From Actinomycetota bacterium (GTDB lineage: Bacteria; Actinomycetota; Actinomycetes; Actinomycetales; Microbacteriaceae): a stretch of DNA of 42,098 nucleotides. Below are positions 17,782 through 27,830 of the stretch, in pieces; within the stretch, counting starts at the first letter, position 1; each line of letters starts with the position of its first letter. Location of the stretch: positions 1-42,098 of the forward strand of contig JBEGRX010000001.1 of the NCBI GenBank assembly GCA_041180205.1, read 5' to 3'. A program made the translations under genes and the position numbers. The notes under the pieces were generated by a model. The model worked only from the letters and a program-made list of their open reading frames with translations, did not search any database and had not been told where the DNA came from.

Positions 17782-20678
17782 TGAAGCGCCTGCTCGGATT
17801 CTTCTCCGCCATTGCGCTGATCGCGGCTGGTTTGGTGGTGCAGCCGGCTGCACAAACTCCTGCGGTGGCAGCCCCACCCGGATCTGCCTTTGACCCGGGG
17901 TTGATTATCAGCGACAGCGTTTTTTATGACTTTGGCACCATGACCGTGCCGCAGATCCAGGCATTTTTAGATTCCAAGGTGGCCGACTGCAAGGCCACCA
18001 ACCCTGCCATCGACTGCCTAAAAAACCTCAAAGTTGACATCCCGGAAACTCCCGCCACCGGTCCGGGCGAAGTTGGCCCATGCAAGGCCATCGCCGCCAA
18101 GACTGGGGCAAGTGCGGCAGAGGTAATTCACGCTATTTCAAATGCCTGTGGCATAAACCCGAAGGTGTTTATCGTCACGCTACAAAAAGAGCAGGCGCTG
18201 GTAACGTCCACCAAGCCAACCGATTATATGTATCGGGCGGCGATGGGGTTCGGTTGCCCAGACAGCGATCCAGCCATCTGCGGCAAAGTTTTCACTGGCC
18301 TCTTCAATCAGCTCTACAAAGCCGCCAGGCAGTTCCGCTGGTATGGCAATCCAGCGGGCTCTTTCACTTACTGGAAGCCTGGTCGCACGGTTTCGATGCG
18401 TTTCAACCCAAAAGCATCTTGCGGTAGCAAGAGCTTTGAGCTCAAGAGTCAGGCCACGGCAAACCTTTACTACTACACGCCATACACCCCGAATGATGCC
18501 GCCCTCAACAACCTCTACGGCACCGGTGATAGCTGCTCGGCATATGGCAATCGAAACTTCTGGCGCTTTTTCCACGACTGGTTTGGATCTCCAATCGGCG
18601 GTAGCTACCTGCTGAAATCCAGCACCAGTGAAACCTTCTTGATCGTGGACAACCTGCGCTACCGGGTCTCCGACGCGAGATTGGCTGCTGCGATTCGCCC
18701 ACTTGGACCAGAAGGTGTGATTTCCCAGGCATACCTGGAGAGCTTCACGAATAAGGGTGACCTGTATCAGCTGGTGAGGCGCGGTACCGCGGCTGAGTTC
18801 TGGTTGCTGGTGGACGGTAAGCGATATTCACTGACCGACTGCAATTTGGCTAAGCAATTTGGCTTGAATTGTGATTTGGCCACCAGCCTGACCGAATCGC
18901 AACTGAGCTTATTTATTCAAGGTGGGCAACTTACCAGGTTGGTGCAGTCAGCCGAGGGTAATAAGTTCTGGATCGAAAACGGCACTAGCAGGCCGGTTGT
19001 GGACGATCTCGCATTGAACTCGGTGGGCGGCCAAGGCACCACGGTGAGCCCACTGGTGGTCGAGCAAATCGTCTCATTGGTTCCAGGCGAGCCGCTAGCC
19101 AGTGACTTGACGGTCTTCGGTCTGACCGCCACCGATGATGTCGCGCTGGCCTATGGTGGCAAGAGCTACCGAGTTGCGGCATCCCTTGCGAGTGCGATCG
19201 GCATCAGCAAGTGGTTTAGCGCTTCCACGGTGGAGATTGACCAGCGTTTGGTTTCCACATCCTCAGGCATCGTTCGTGGTTTCGTTGCAACCGCCGCCGG
19301 CCAAAACTTTGTACTAACCGATACCGGCAAGCTCCCGGTTTTGGACCCAAGCAACTGGACCGAACAGGTTTCACTGCTACCAGATGCAATAGTCAACAAG
19401 ATCCCAACGGTCAATGGCACCTTGGCTGCTCCCGCGGTTGTAACCAGTGCGGGCAATAAGCTTTCGTATTTCGTGCAGGGTGGCCAACGTCGTGCGGTAT
19501 CCGATAAGGCAATGACTGAGCGGTTTTTGAGTCTGATTAGTCAGTCCAAAGCGATAACCCTGCCGCTTGCTGCGATTAACACCGTTGAAAGCTCAGGCAA
19601 TGGCTTTGCGCCCGGATCGCTAGTCAAGTCAGCCGGTAGCTCAACAATCTTCTTGATTGATGACCTCACCAGAAAAGTTCGGTTGACATCGGAAGACCAC
19701 GCCAAAAATGTTTCGGATTCCAAGATATTCACGCTCGACCCCGCAGAGCTCACCAAATTGCAGACTAGAACCGGTTTTGCGGGCATCAAGGTGCAGTGCG
19801 ATGGTGCTAGCTATCTAATCGATGACGGAACCCTGTACCCAATTTCACCGGCTGGAGCGGAGGAGTATCCGGGCAAGCCATATCCACTCGCCGTCTCCAC
19901 TTGTGCGAGCCTGAAAGTTGCCAGCAAACCGGTCGGTCAGTTTGTCAGAGATGCCAAGGGCGGTTTGTTCTTTGTTGAAAACGGAACTCGCAGCCGAATC
20001 AAGAACTGGGCGCAGTTCGCCACGTTGAAGGGCGATGGGCCTGGGTTTATCTCCGCATCTAATTTCTTTGCCGGCAAGATTCCAGTTGCGGGAACTGCCC
20101 CAGCTGCCGCAACGCTCGCGTCATTCGCAGACACCCCAACTGGCATTTTTGACGAGTTAACGTTCCTCGGAAGCGTCCCCGTTGTAACTACGCCAACGGC
20201 GTCCCCAACCCCTAAGCCAACCACCACCCCGAAGCCGACGACCTCTGCCACGGCGTCCCCTAAGCCAACCACCACCCCGAAGCCAACCGCTACGCCGACC
20301 GTTTCTGCAACTCCAAAACCAACGCCAACCAGCTCGGCTACTACTTCGGCATATGTGAACTACAAGGTGGTTGCGGGCGACACCCTTTGGTCGATTGCCT
20401 CAAAATTTGGTGTCACGGTAGCCAGAATCCAGGAAGCGAACTCGCTCGGCGCAACCACCAGCATTCGAGTGGGGCAGACGTTGAAGATCCCCACCTCGGT
20501 GAGCTCATCTGCGGTGACCACTTCACCTTCGGTGAAGACCTACACGGTAAAGGCGGGCGACACACTTTGGGGAATCGCCAGCAAACTCGGAGTCAGTGCC
20601 ACCAAGCTCGCTGAAGTGAATGGCATCACCAATCCCAACCTGCTCAAGGTTGGACAGGTGCTAAAGGTCCCTAGCTAG
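17781..20678 (+). CDS. Secreted LysM protein with putative lysozyme-like N-terminal domain, internal repeats and Pro/Thr linker
   Basis: Signal peptide; [38 protein letters not shown] domain; two C-terminal LysM motifs ([26 protein letters not shown]). Confidence 0.85.
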   Translation: MKRLLGFFSAIALIAAGLVVQPAAQTPAVAAPPGSAFDPGLIISDSVFYDFGTMTVPQIQAFLDSKVADCKATNPAIDCLKNLKVDIPETPATGPGEVGPCKAIAAKTGASAAEVIHAISNACGINPKVFIVTLQKEQALVTSTKPTDYMYRAAMGFGCPDSDPAICGKVFTGLFNQLYKAARQFRWYGNPAGSFTYWKPGRTVSMRFNPKASCGSKSFELKSQATANLYYYTPYTPNDAALNNLYGTGDSCSAYGNRNFWRFFHDWFGSPIGGSYLLKSSTSETFLIVDNLRYRVSDARLAAAIRPLGPEGVISQAYLESFTNKGDLYQLVRRGTAAEFWLLVDGKRYSLTDCNLAKQFGLNCDLATSLTESQLSLFIQGGQLTRLVQSAEGNKFWIENGTSRPVVDDLALNSVGGQGTTVSPLVVEQIVSLVPGEPLASDLTVFGLTATDDVALAYGGKSYRVAASLASAIGISKWFSASTVEIDQRLVSTSSGIVRGFVATAAGQNFVLTDTGKLPVLDPSNWTEQVSLLPDAIVNKIPTVNGTLAAPAVVTSAGNKLSYFVQGGQRRAVSDKAMTERFLSLISQSKAITLPLAAINTVESSGNGFAPGSLVKSAGSSTIFLIDDLTRKVRLTSEDHAKNVSDSKIFTLDPAELTKLQTRTGFAGIKVQCDGASYLIDDGTLYPISPAGAEEYPGKPYPLAVSTCASLKVASKPVGQFVRDAKGGLFFVENGTRSRIKNWAQFATLKGDGPGFISASNFFAGKIPVAGTAPAAATLASFADTPTGIFDELTFLGSVPVVTTPTASPTPKPTTTPKPTTSATASPKPTTTPKPTATPTVSATPKPTPTSSATTSAYVNYKVVAGDTLWSIASKFGVTVARIQEANSLGATTSIRVGQTLKIPTSVSSSAVTTSPSVKTYTVKAGDTLWGIASKLGVSATKLAEVNGITNPNLLKVGQVLKVPS
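20209..20284 (+). repeat. 28-bp exact direct repeat in the Pro/Thr linker
   Basis: CCCCTAAGCCAACCACCACCCCGAAGCC at 20209-20236 and 20257-20284 (encodes PKPTTTPKP). Confidence 0.9.
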
Positions 20679-21621
20679 CATCCCAAGCCGACTGCACGAT
20701 CGAAGTCAAATCGTGCTTAGTTCTAAAACCCAGCACCTTGTCGATCCGTGAAACATCAGCTACCAGTCGAGGTGGATCGCCGGCTCGGCGCTCGGCGATT
20801 GCAACCTCAAAGTCAATACCGCTGGCAAGCTTCAGTGCAGCTAATACCTCAATCACAGAGGCACCAACTCCAGTGCCCACGTTGAAGGTAGAGAATTCTT
20901 GGTTATCACGAGCTAGGTAGTCCACCGCTGCTAGGTGGGCAAGGGCGAGGTCTTCGACGTGAACGTAGTCTCGAATGCAACTACCGTCTGGGGTTGGGTA
21001 GTCGGTGCCGAATACCACCGGGGCCTTACCGGCCTTCACCGCATTGATAGCGATGGGAATCAAGTTCAGTGCTGCAGTGTCAGCTAACTCCGCGCTGGCT
21101 GCGCCTGCGACATTGAAATACCTAAGGTTTACGCCCTTAAGGCCCCAAACCTCAGCGTTCCGCAGCATCATTTCGCCAATCAGTTTGGTCTGACCATAGG
21201 GATTTATTGGGACTCCGGGGTAATCCTCGGTGACCTTGTCTGCATCCGGCATTCCGTAGGTTGCGGCTGATGAGGAGAAAACCAACGCTTTTAAGCCAAC
21301 TTCGCGCATGGCAAGCAGCAGGTTTGCCAAGCCACCGAGGTTGTCCAAGAAATACTCTTCGGGTTTTTGAACAGATTCCCCAACCTGCTTTCGAGCTGCC
21401 AGGTGAATTACAGAATCAAAGTTGTGTTCGCGCATGAGCCGCACAAGCTGGGCAACGGCATCCGCGGAAGCCAGCTCCAGCTCGATAGCTGGGCAATCAA
21501 TTCGACTCGTGAGGCCTGTGGAGAGGTTGTCTACCACCACGCAAGAGTGCCCAGCGGCCTGCGCAGCTCTAACAACGTGAGATCCGATGTAGCCGGCACC
21601 ACCAGTTACCAATAACTTCAT
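20671..21621 (-). CDS. galE: UDP-glucose 4-epimerase
   Basis: [57 protein letters not shown]. Confidence 0.95.
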   Translation of the reverse strand: MKLLVTGGAGYIGSHVVRAAQAAGHSCVVVDNLSTGLTSRIDCPAIELELASADAVAQLVRLMREHNFDSVIHLAARKQVGESVQKPEEYFLDNLGGLANLLLAMREVGLKALVFSSSAATYGMPDADKVTEDYPGVPINPYGQTKLIGEMMLRNAEVWGLKGVNLRYFNVAGAASAELADTAALNLIPIAINAVKAGKAPVVFGTDYPTPDGSCIRDYVHVEDLALAHLAAVDYLARDNQEFSTFNVGTGVGASVIEVLAALKLASGIDFEVAIAERRAGDPPRLVADVSRIDKVLGFRTKHDLTSIVQSAWDAS

Positions 21622-21679
21622 GCCTAAAGGCTACCTTGAGGCTTTGCTAACAATTTGTCTTCAGCGGAATAAATTCAAC

Positions 21680-21715
21680 TTGACAACGGCATAATTACAC
21701 CGATGTAATTACATC
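21680..21715 (+). promoter_or_regulatory. whiB2 promoter: TTGACA plus McdR/BldO-type (MerR family) operator
   Basis: TTGACA at 21680-21685; AATTACA-CCGA-TGTAATT at 21693-21710 fits the AATnACA-N4-TGTnATT site I recall for mycobacterial McdR (Rv1830) at whiB2. Confidence 0.7.
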
Positions 21716-21745
21716 AACGAGATTCAAACGATTAGGGGTTTAGGC

Positions 21746-22051
21746 ATGGAACAAAGAGGTCAGGTGCCTGCAAACTGGTTCGTCGATGTGCTCAAGCTGG
21801 GGGTTGCTGGGGCTTACACGGATGGCGAATCAGATCCACTGGCTTGGCAAGAAGACGCACTTTGCTCCCAGACTGACCCTGAGGCTTTCTTCCCTGAAAA
21901 AGGTGGCTCCACTCGCGACGCAAAGCGCATCTGCGCGCAGTGCACGGTAAAGAGCGAGTGCCTTGAGTACGCTCTCAAGAACGATGAGCGCTTCGGCATC
22001 TGGGGTGGTCTCAGCGAGCGCGAGCGACGCCGTCTGCGCAGGCGCGCCTAA
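21746..22051 (+). CDS. whiB2: WhiB-family Fe-S regulator (WhiB2/WhmD type)
   Basis: ALCSQTDPEAFFPEKGGSTRDAKRICAQCTVKSECLEYAL..GIWGGLSERERR; four Cys. Confidence 0.95.
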   Translation: MEQRGQVPANWFVDVLKLGVAGAYTDGESDPLAWQEDALCSQTDPEAFFPEKGGSTRDAKRICAQCTVKSECLEYALKNDERFGIWGGLSERERRRLRRRA

Positions 22052-22057
22052 GCCGTC

Positions 22058-24658
22058 GTGGGTTCGCTCTCGGTAGCGGCCATTGTCGTTTCACACGCTC
22101 AAGCCGACTTACTTGAAAGATCGCTTGCGGCAATCAGTGAGCAAAGTCACCCAATCCAGCAGGTCGTTGTCGTTGAAACCGCGGGCGACCAAAGATCCGT
22201 CGATTTAGCAATCAGCTATGGCTTTTCAGTCATCGAACCTGGAGCTCTAAAACTTGGCGCCGCCATTCAGGCCGGAATCAATTCTCTTTCCGCAACCCCA
22301 GGCTGGATCTGGGTGCTGCATGAGGATGCCGTTGCCGAACCAGACGCCCTGAAAAACCTCTCCCAAGCTGCCGAGATTTCTCCTTCGGTAGCAGTGATTG
22401 GCCCCAAGCTGTTAGAGCTTGATAACAGCATTCAGATTCAACAGCTCGGTCTTACCGTCACCCCTACTGGTAGGCCTTTCCTCCTGGTGCAGCGGGAATA
22501 TGACCAGGGTCAGCACGACAAAGCCGGTGACACGCTTGCGGTGTCCACTGCAGGCATGTTGGTTTCCCTTGGCGTTTGGCAACAACTCGGTGGCCTAGAT
22601 GACTCATCACCTGTGCTAGCTCAGGACTTGGAGTTTTGTGCCAAGGCGCGGTTGGCGGGCTATCGAGTAGTGGTCGAGGCCAGTGCTCGCGTGCATCACG
22701 CGGGACTTTCGATGCAGGGCAAGCGCCCAAAAAGCTGGCTCTCGGGAAGTTTTAGTCAGGCGATCTCTCGGGCTCACCTGCACTTCGCAGCGCTTTACTT
22801 ACCAGCTTTGATGGTTTACGCGATTTACCTTTTATTGCCGGTGATGGTCTTGTTTGCAATCCCGACAAACCTACTTGCCAAGCGACCCGGTCGTTCGGTT
22901 GCGCAGTTCTCTGGTTGGATCTGGGCATGGTTCTCGCTCCCGGCAAGACTTTCGGCTCGCAGGCGATTCCGCTCCTTGGGTTCGGTCAAGTCGCTCAAGG
23001 CTCTTATCGCCAGCAAAGCGCAGCGGAGTCTGCGTCGCAAGGCGAAGTTTGAGGTTGAGCCAGAGATTTCTTCAGATTCCGCACGACCTGGAATTTTCCG
23101 CAGCAACTCGGCGTGGTTTGGATTGCTGCCACTTATAACTTCATTTCAGCTTTTCCCCCAGGGTGCCATCACGGCTAACGGAATTCTGCCGCTGGGTTCG
23201 AGCTTGGATCGACTGGTGCCATTTGTGGCGGCAAATTCGGTTCCGGTGCTGGATGCTGCAAATTTGCCGACCGATCCATTTGGCTGGTGGCTACTTTTGG
23301 CTGGATTACTGTGGCCAGCCGAGCCCTCACTCGGTTTTGCGGCCCTGATATTTGTGTCAACTGCGGTTGCATTCTTCGGATCCTGGCAACTTGGCAAGCA
23401 CTTTATCTCGAAGCCCTGGATTATTACATTGATTGCCCTGGGCTATTCGCTGAGCCCACAATTGCTAACTCTGAAATCAAACCTGATGGTGGTTGAGCTC
23501 TTGGCCGCCACCGCTTTGCCCTGGACACTGGTGTTTTTGGTTCGGGCGATCGAAGCTTTCAATAGCGCGCGAGCTTGGCGCTGGACCGGACTCTTGGGCT
23601 TGGCGCTGGCACTGCTGGCTTCCGCATCCCCGCTTGCTGCAGGACTCATGGCGGTAGCTGTGATCGTTGCTGCGGTGACTCATCTGCGACGGGGACTGAT
23701 TCTTATTTGGGCCGTTTTGCCAGTGCTAGCTGTGCTTTACCCCTTGCTTCGCTTTGCCATTGAGAATCAGGCTTGGGCAGAACTTACCCGCTCCAGTGCC
23801 ATCGCCAGTGCACCAATCGAAGTCTTGAGTCTCGAGAATTTGGTTGTGCTTGGCGCACTGATGACACTCAGCTTGCCGGCTTGGATTGTTGGTTCAGCAA
23901 AAAACCTTTTTGGTCTGTTTGGATTCGCGATTGCAGCTCTGACTTTGAGCACTGTTCAGCCGCTGGCATCGAGTGCGGTTTTGATCCTTGCTGCGATACT
24001 GGCGCTTTTGATTCTGGCCGGCTACGGCTTGCAGAACATAAGAGTTCGGGCATTGAACGTTGGATTCGGTTTAGCTGCTTCAAGCGCACTGCTTCTGTCC
24101 GGTCAAGTCTTTGGGTTAGCCAACCAGGTGGATCCAAATTGGCAATCCTCTCGGGTCATGCCAGCTCTGGTAGTGGCCGCCAGTGAGCAGGATGCGAATC
24201 TGCGGACCTTGGTTATCGAGGTGGGTCCGCCAATTCAAGCTCACTACGTTTGGGGAAGCGGACAAAAGCTAGAGATGTCATCTGCTCCGTTGGCCAGCCA
24301 GCCGGTGGAGTCGCAGCTCAAAGAAAAGCTTGCCCAGATCACTGCAAATTTGATTGCCGGTAATCGGGACAAGTTGGTTCCATTGCTGGCGCAAACCAGG
24401 GTTGACTTTGTTTTGCTGGCCACGCCCAACCCCGAAGTTGAGGTCGGCATCTCGAGCCTGGATATGCTCCAGCCTGCCGGAGCGACGGCATTTGGGGTGC
24501 TGTGGAAGGTCACCAGCGAGAATAACTCGACAGTTTCGATTGCGCAGCCAGACCCAATGCGCCCATGGCAATTCGGCATCGTAGCGGCATTTGCACTGCT
24601 CGCACTTCCCACCCGCGCGGCCATCCTAGGTCGCCGTCGAAAGCGAGCGTCTCGATGA
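22058..24658 (+). CDS. Family 2 glycosyltransferase fused to a large multi-TM domain
   Basis: AIVVSH, WIWVLHED, VIGPKL, DQGQHD, DLEFC.KARLAG, followed by many hydrophobic segments. Confidence 0.85.
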   Translation: MGSLSVAAIVVSHAQADLLERSLAAISEQSHPIQQVVVVETAGDQRSVDLAISYGFSVIEPGALKLGAAIQAGINSLSATPGWIWVLHEDAVAEPDALKNLSQAAEISPSVAVIGPKLLELDNSIQIQQLGLTVTPTGRPFLLVQREYDQGQHDKAGDTLAVSTAGMLVSLGVWQQLGGLDDSSPVLAQDLEFCAKARLAGYRVVVEASARVHHAGLSMQGKRPKSWLSGSFSQAISRAHLHFAALYLPALMVYAIYLLLPVMVLFAIPTNLLAKRPGRSVAQFSGWIWAWFSLPARLSARRRFRSLGSVKSLKALIASKAQRSLRRKAKFEVEPEISSDSARPGIFRSNSAWFGLLPLITSFQLFPQGAITANGILPLGSSLDRLVPFVAANSVPVLDAANLPTDPFGWWLLLAGLLWPAEPSLGFAALIFVSTAVAFFGSWQLGKHFISKPWIITLIALGYSLSPQLLTLKSNLMVVELLAATALPWTLVFLVRAIEAFNSARAWRWTGLLGLALALLASASPLAAGLMAVAVIVAAVTHLRRGLILIWAVLPVLAVLYPLLRFAIENQAWAELTRSSAIASAPIEVLSLENLVVLGALMTLSLPAWIVGSAKNLFGLFGFAIAALTLSTVQPLASSAVLILAAILALLILAGYGLQNIRVRALNVGFGLAASSALLLSGQVFGLANQVDPNWQSSRVMPALVVAASEQDANLRTLVIEVGPPIQAHYVWGSGQKLEMSSAPLASQPVESQLKEKLAQITANLIAGNRDKLVPLLAQTRVDFVLLATPNPEVEVGISSLDMLQPAGATAFGVLWKVTSENNSTVSIAQPDPMRPWQFGIVAAFALLALPTRAAILGRRRKRASR

Positions 24659-25974
24659 AACCCGCTATTCGAATTCTCGGGGCGACCCTGAGTCTGGCTG
24701 GTCTCGCTGGCGCTTGGTTTGCCCAGGGTCTTGAGTTACCGCCGGTGCAAGTAGTGGTCGAAGATGCGATTTCCGTATCTACCGATGCCCAGCCTATGCA
24801 GCTTTATTGCCCAGGTCCGCTTGCCGAACTCGGAGGCAAAGACGGAACCGATCTAGGCTCCCTTGCACTTATAGGCAAGGCAGTTCTGAGTTATCGACTG
24901 GGTCAAGGTGCGCTGATCGAAGTCCCTAACAGCCGCATTGACCAAGGAACCTCGCTAGTCATGAAAACTGGTGAACAGGGCTCAGCTACCTTGACAGGTG
25001 CACAATCGCAATTGATTCAGCGACCTCGTATGGCGGGGCTGGCAGCAACGAGTTGTGCACAGCCACAAGCCGAGGGTTGGCTGCTCAATGGCATGGCCGG
25101 ATCTGGCTTCGAGAGCATTCTGCTGCTGGGCAATCCCAACCCGGTCGAGGTCCAGATCCAGCTGACCTTCCATCTGGAATCCGAGAGTAATTCGCAACTG
25201 ATTACCCTGGCGCCATTTGCTCAGCAGCAGTTGTCGCTGGCGAGTTATGTCGCGGCAGAGCCGCAGTTCGCCGTGCACTTTCAAAGTTCCGGGCAAAAGG
25301 TTTCGGTTGCGATGCAAAATCGCTCAAGTGTCGGGTTGACTGCCACCGGTGTAGAGCTCAAGGGGCCAACCGCTCAGGCTTCTAAGCAGCTGGCAATACC
25401 TGGTTTCGAGGTATTGGCAGACGGCCTTGCCAAGGCATCGCTGCGGCTATTCAATCCCAGTTCGCAATCGACACAGGCACTGGTCACGTTCGTCGGCTCT
25501 GGCACCAATAGCGATGTGGTGGAGATTGAGGTCCCAGCCTCCGGGTTTGGATTGGTGTTGCCTGAACTAAGCGAGGGTCACTACCTGGTGCTGATTCAGT
25601 CGGCGGTTGAACTGATGGCTGAAATCTACAACCCTTATGTTGCAGAGCGCTTGGATTTTGCTTGGCTAACTCCGGTGGCACAGGTGAGCGGTAAAACTGC
25701 CATTGCAGTTCCGAACTTCATGGCCAAGTTGGCGCTGTCCAATCCAGGCGGTGAAACCATTAGCGTGTTGGTCTCTAATGACGCTGTAACACAGGCAGTT
25801 TCGGTGCCAGCTCGCTCGCAGCTGCTGATCCCAATTGTGGGTAAGTACTTAGTCTTAGAGTCAAGCGGAAATTACCAAGCGGCGGTGATCTTGAGTGACC
25901 CCAAGGGCTATGCGGTGATCTCGCCGAGAGAGAATGCCAACCTGGGTTCAAACATTGAGGTTCTGGTCCGCTAG
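24655..25974 (+). CDS. DUF5719-like exported protein
   Basis: Start moved to ATG 24655 (ATGA overlap). N-terminal TM, CPGP, GLAATSC, LLLGNP, LRLFNP; position after whiB-GT2. Confidence 0.75.
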   Translation: MKPAIRILGATLSLAGLAGAWFAQGLELPPVQVVVEDAISVSTDAQPMQLYCPGPLAELGGKDGTDLGSLALIGKAVLSYRLGQGALIEVPNSRIDQGTSLVMKTGEQGSATLTGAQSQLIQRPRMAGLAATSCAQPQAEGWLLNGMAGSGFESILLLGNPNPVEVQIQLTFHLESESNSQLITLAPFAQQQLSLASYVAAEPQFAVHFQSSGQKVSVAMQNRSSVGLTATGVELKGPTAQASKQLAIPGFEVLADGLAKASLRLFNPSSQSTQALVTFVGSGTNSDVVEIEVPASGFGLVLPELSEGHYLVLIQSAVELMAEIYNPYVAERLDFAWLTPVAQVSGKTAIAVPNFMAKLALSNPGGETISVLVSNDAVTQAVSVPARSQLLIPIVGKYLVLESSGNYQAAVILSDPKGYAVISPRENANLGSNIEVLVR

Positions 25975-26363
25975 TGCGGATGCATCAGCTCCCAAGGATC
26001 CTTGTCAATTAGCGCTGCAGCTGCCGATATCACGGCATGTTCGATGTGCATTCTGGGGTCTGGCAGTCGCTGTCTGCCAAATCTTTCAATTGGAATGCGA
26101 TACAAGGTCACGGTCATCGATGTCTTGTTGGCGTTCCAGCGTCTAACTGGTTCGCCCTCGAGAATGGCCGGAACGTCTTCGATGCGCCACCTCAGAGATT
26201 TGAAATCCTCCGGATAGCTGTCCTGCAGGTATTCACAGGTTTCCTGAACCACCGATTCAAAAAAGCCTAACCGGGCAACTCCGAAGTGAAACAGTTTGGA
26301 GGGCAGCGGTCTGCGCAGTCCGCGACCGTGTCGGTCTCGGTGACTTGAGGCCCTGATTCCCAT
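25971..26363 (-). CDS. Zincin-like (DUF1025-type) protein without HExxH
   Basis: RDRHGRGLR, IEDVP, TLYRIPIE motifs. Start at ATG 26363 with TACAAT 6 nt upstream. Confidence 0.75.
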   Translation of the reverse strand: MGIRASSHRDRHGRGLRRPLPSKLFHFGVARLGFFESVVQETCEYLQDSYPEDFKSLRWRIEDVPAILEGEPVRRWNANKTSMTVTLYRIPIERFGRQRLPDPRMHIEHAVISAAAALIDKDPWELMHPH

Positions 26364-26410
26364 GGGCTCATTGTATTCTTGGCACGCTAAAGCCAAAGAG
26401 AGTTCGCGCA

Positions 26411-27811
26411 GTGATCAATTTCAAAGATTTCGTAAAGACCTATGACGTTCGAGGCCTGGTTGGTTCTCAGCTCACTGAGAAAGTCGTTGCCGCCTTTGGT
26501 GCCGCCTTCGTGGATGAACTGGAACTGCTGGGTAAGCAGTTGGTCATCGGCCACGATATGCGCGATAGTTCTCCGGAATTTGCCAGGGCCTTCGCCGAAG
26601 GTGCAGTAAAGCGCGGTGGCAATCCGCTAATGCTTGGGCTTTGCTCTACCGACATGACCTACTTTGCATCTGGCAAGCTGGATTTGCCGTCGGTGATGTT
26701 TACCGCCAGTCACAACCCGGCTAGTTATAACGGTATGAAGTTTTCCCGGGCCGGTGCCAAGGGCATCGGTCTAGATTCAGGTCTGGCGGCAATCAGAGAC
26801 CGAGCCCAAGATTATTTCGATTCTGGCATTGAGCAGCTGGCAAACAGGGGATCGGTAGAACAGATCAATCTCACCCGCGAGTATGTGGAATACCTGAGAA
26901 AGTTGGTCGATCTCTCAAAGACCCGCAGGCTAAAGATTGTGGTTGATGCTGCAAACGGCATGGGCGGCTTCACCGTTCCACTGGTGCTTCAGGATGCTGC
27001 CGGCTTGCCGGCTCTGAATCTCGAGATTGTGCCGCTTTACTTTGAGCTGGATGGCACCTTTCCGAACCACGAGGCAAACCCACTTCAGGTCGAGAACCTG
27101 AGGGATTTGCAAAAGGCGGTCCTCGAGCACGGGGCGGATCTCGGCTTGGCATTCGATGGCGATGCTGACCGCTGTTTCGCGGTCGATGAGCGGGGCGGTT
27201 TGGTTAGCCCTTCGGCGCTCGCCGCGATTGTTTCGATGCGTGAGATTGAAAGGGTTAAGGCGCTGGGTGAATCCGATGTCACCGTGCTACACAACTTGTT
27301 GACCTCAAAAGTTGTTGAGGAGCGCATCGCACAGGCTGGGGCTACCCCAGTTCGCACCAAGGTTGGCCACTCGCTTATCAAGGAGCAGATGGCGGCAACC
27401 AATGCGGTGTTCGGTGGCGAACATTCCGCTCACTACTACTTCCGGGATTTCTGGGGTGCTGACAACGGAATGCTGGCCGCTCTGCACCTGATCAGCGAGC
27501 TGGGGCAATACCAGGGCACCATGAGCGAATTGTCCGCGAGCTTCAGCCCTTATTTCTCCTCGGGTGAGATCAACTCCACCGTCTCCGATGTGCCATCCGC
27601 CATTGAACGGTTGCGGGCGGCCTTTCCACAGTGCACAGTTGAGCACTTTGATGGCTACACCTTTAGCTCTCAGGATCCAGCGAACTGGTTTTGGTTCAAT
27701 GTTCGCTCGTCAAACACCGAACCATTGCTTAGACTTAATGTCGAATCAAACCACGAGGCCTCGATGGAAAAGATTCGTGACGCAGCCATCCAAATCATTA
27801 GGAATGGCTAA
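26411..27811 (+). CDS. manB: Phosphomannomutase/phosphoglucomutase
   Basis: YDVRG, TASHNP, FPNHEANP, FDGDADR, GGEHSAHYYF, RSSNTEPLLRLNVE. Confidence 0.93.
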   Translation: MINFKDFVKTYDVRGLVGSQLTEKVVAAFGAAFVDELELLGKQLVIGHDMRDSSPEFARAFAEGAVKRGGNPLMLGLCSTDMTYFASGKLDLPSVMFTASHNPASYNGMKFSRAGAKGIGLDSGLAAIRDRAQDYFDSGIEQLANRGSVEQINLTREYVEYLRKLVDLSKTRRLKIVVDAANGMGGFTVPLVLQDAAGLPALNLEIVPLYFELDGTFPNHEANPLQVENLRDLQKAVLEHGADLGLAFDGDADRCFAVDERGGLVSPSALAAIVSMREIERVKALGESDVTVLHNLLTSKVVEERIAQAGATPVRTKVGHSLIKEQMAATNAVFGGEHSAHYYFRDFWGADNGMLAALHLISELGQYQGTMSELSASFSPYFSSGEINSTVSDVPSAIERLRAAFPQCTVEHFDGYTFSSQDPANWFWFNVRSSNTEPLLRLNVESNHEASMEKIRDAAIQIIRNG

Positions 27812-27830
27812 CCGAACAGAGAGGCCATAA

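Noticed and set aside
20161-20345. CRISPR-like repeats
   Set aside because: Two in-frame coding copies in a Pro/Thr linker; no spacer array and no cas genes.
27812-27830. Possible SAH riboswitch before ahcY
   Set aside because: The gap is only 19 nt and I recognised no riboswitch structure.
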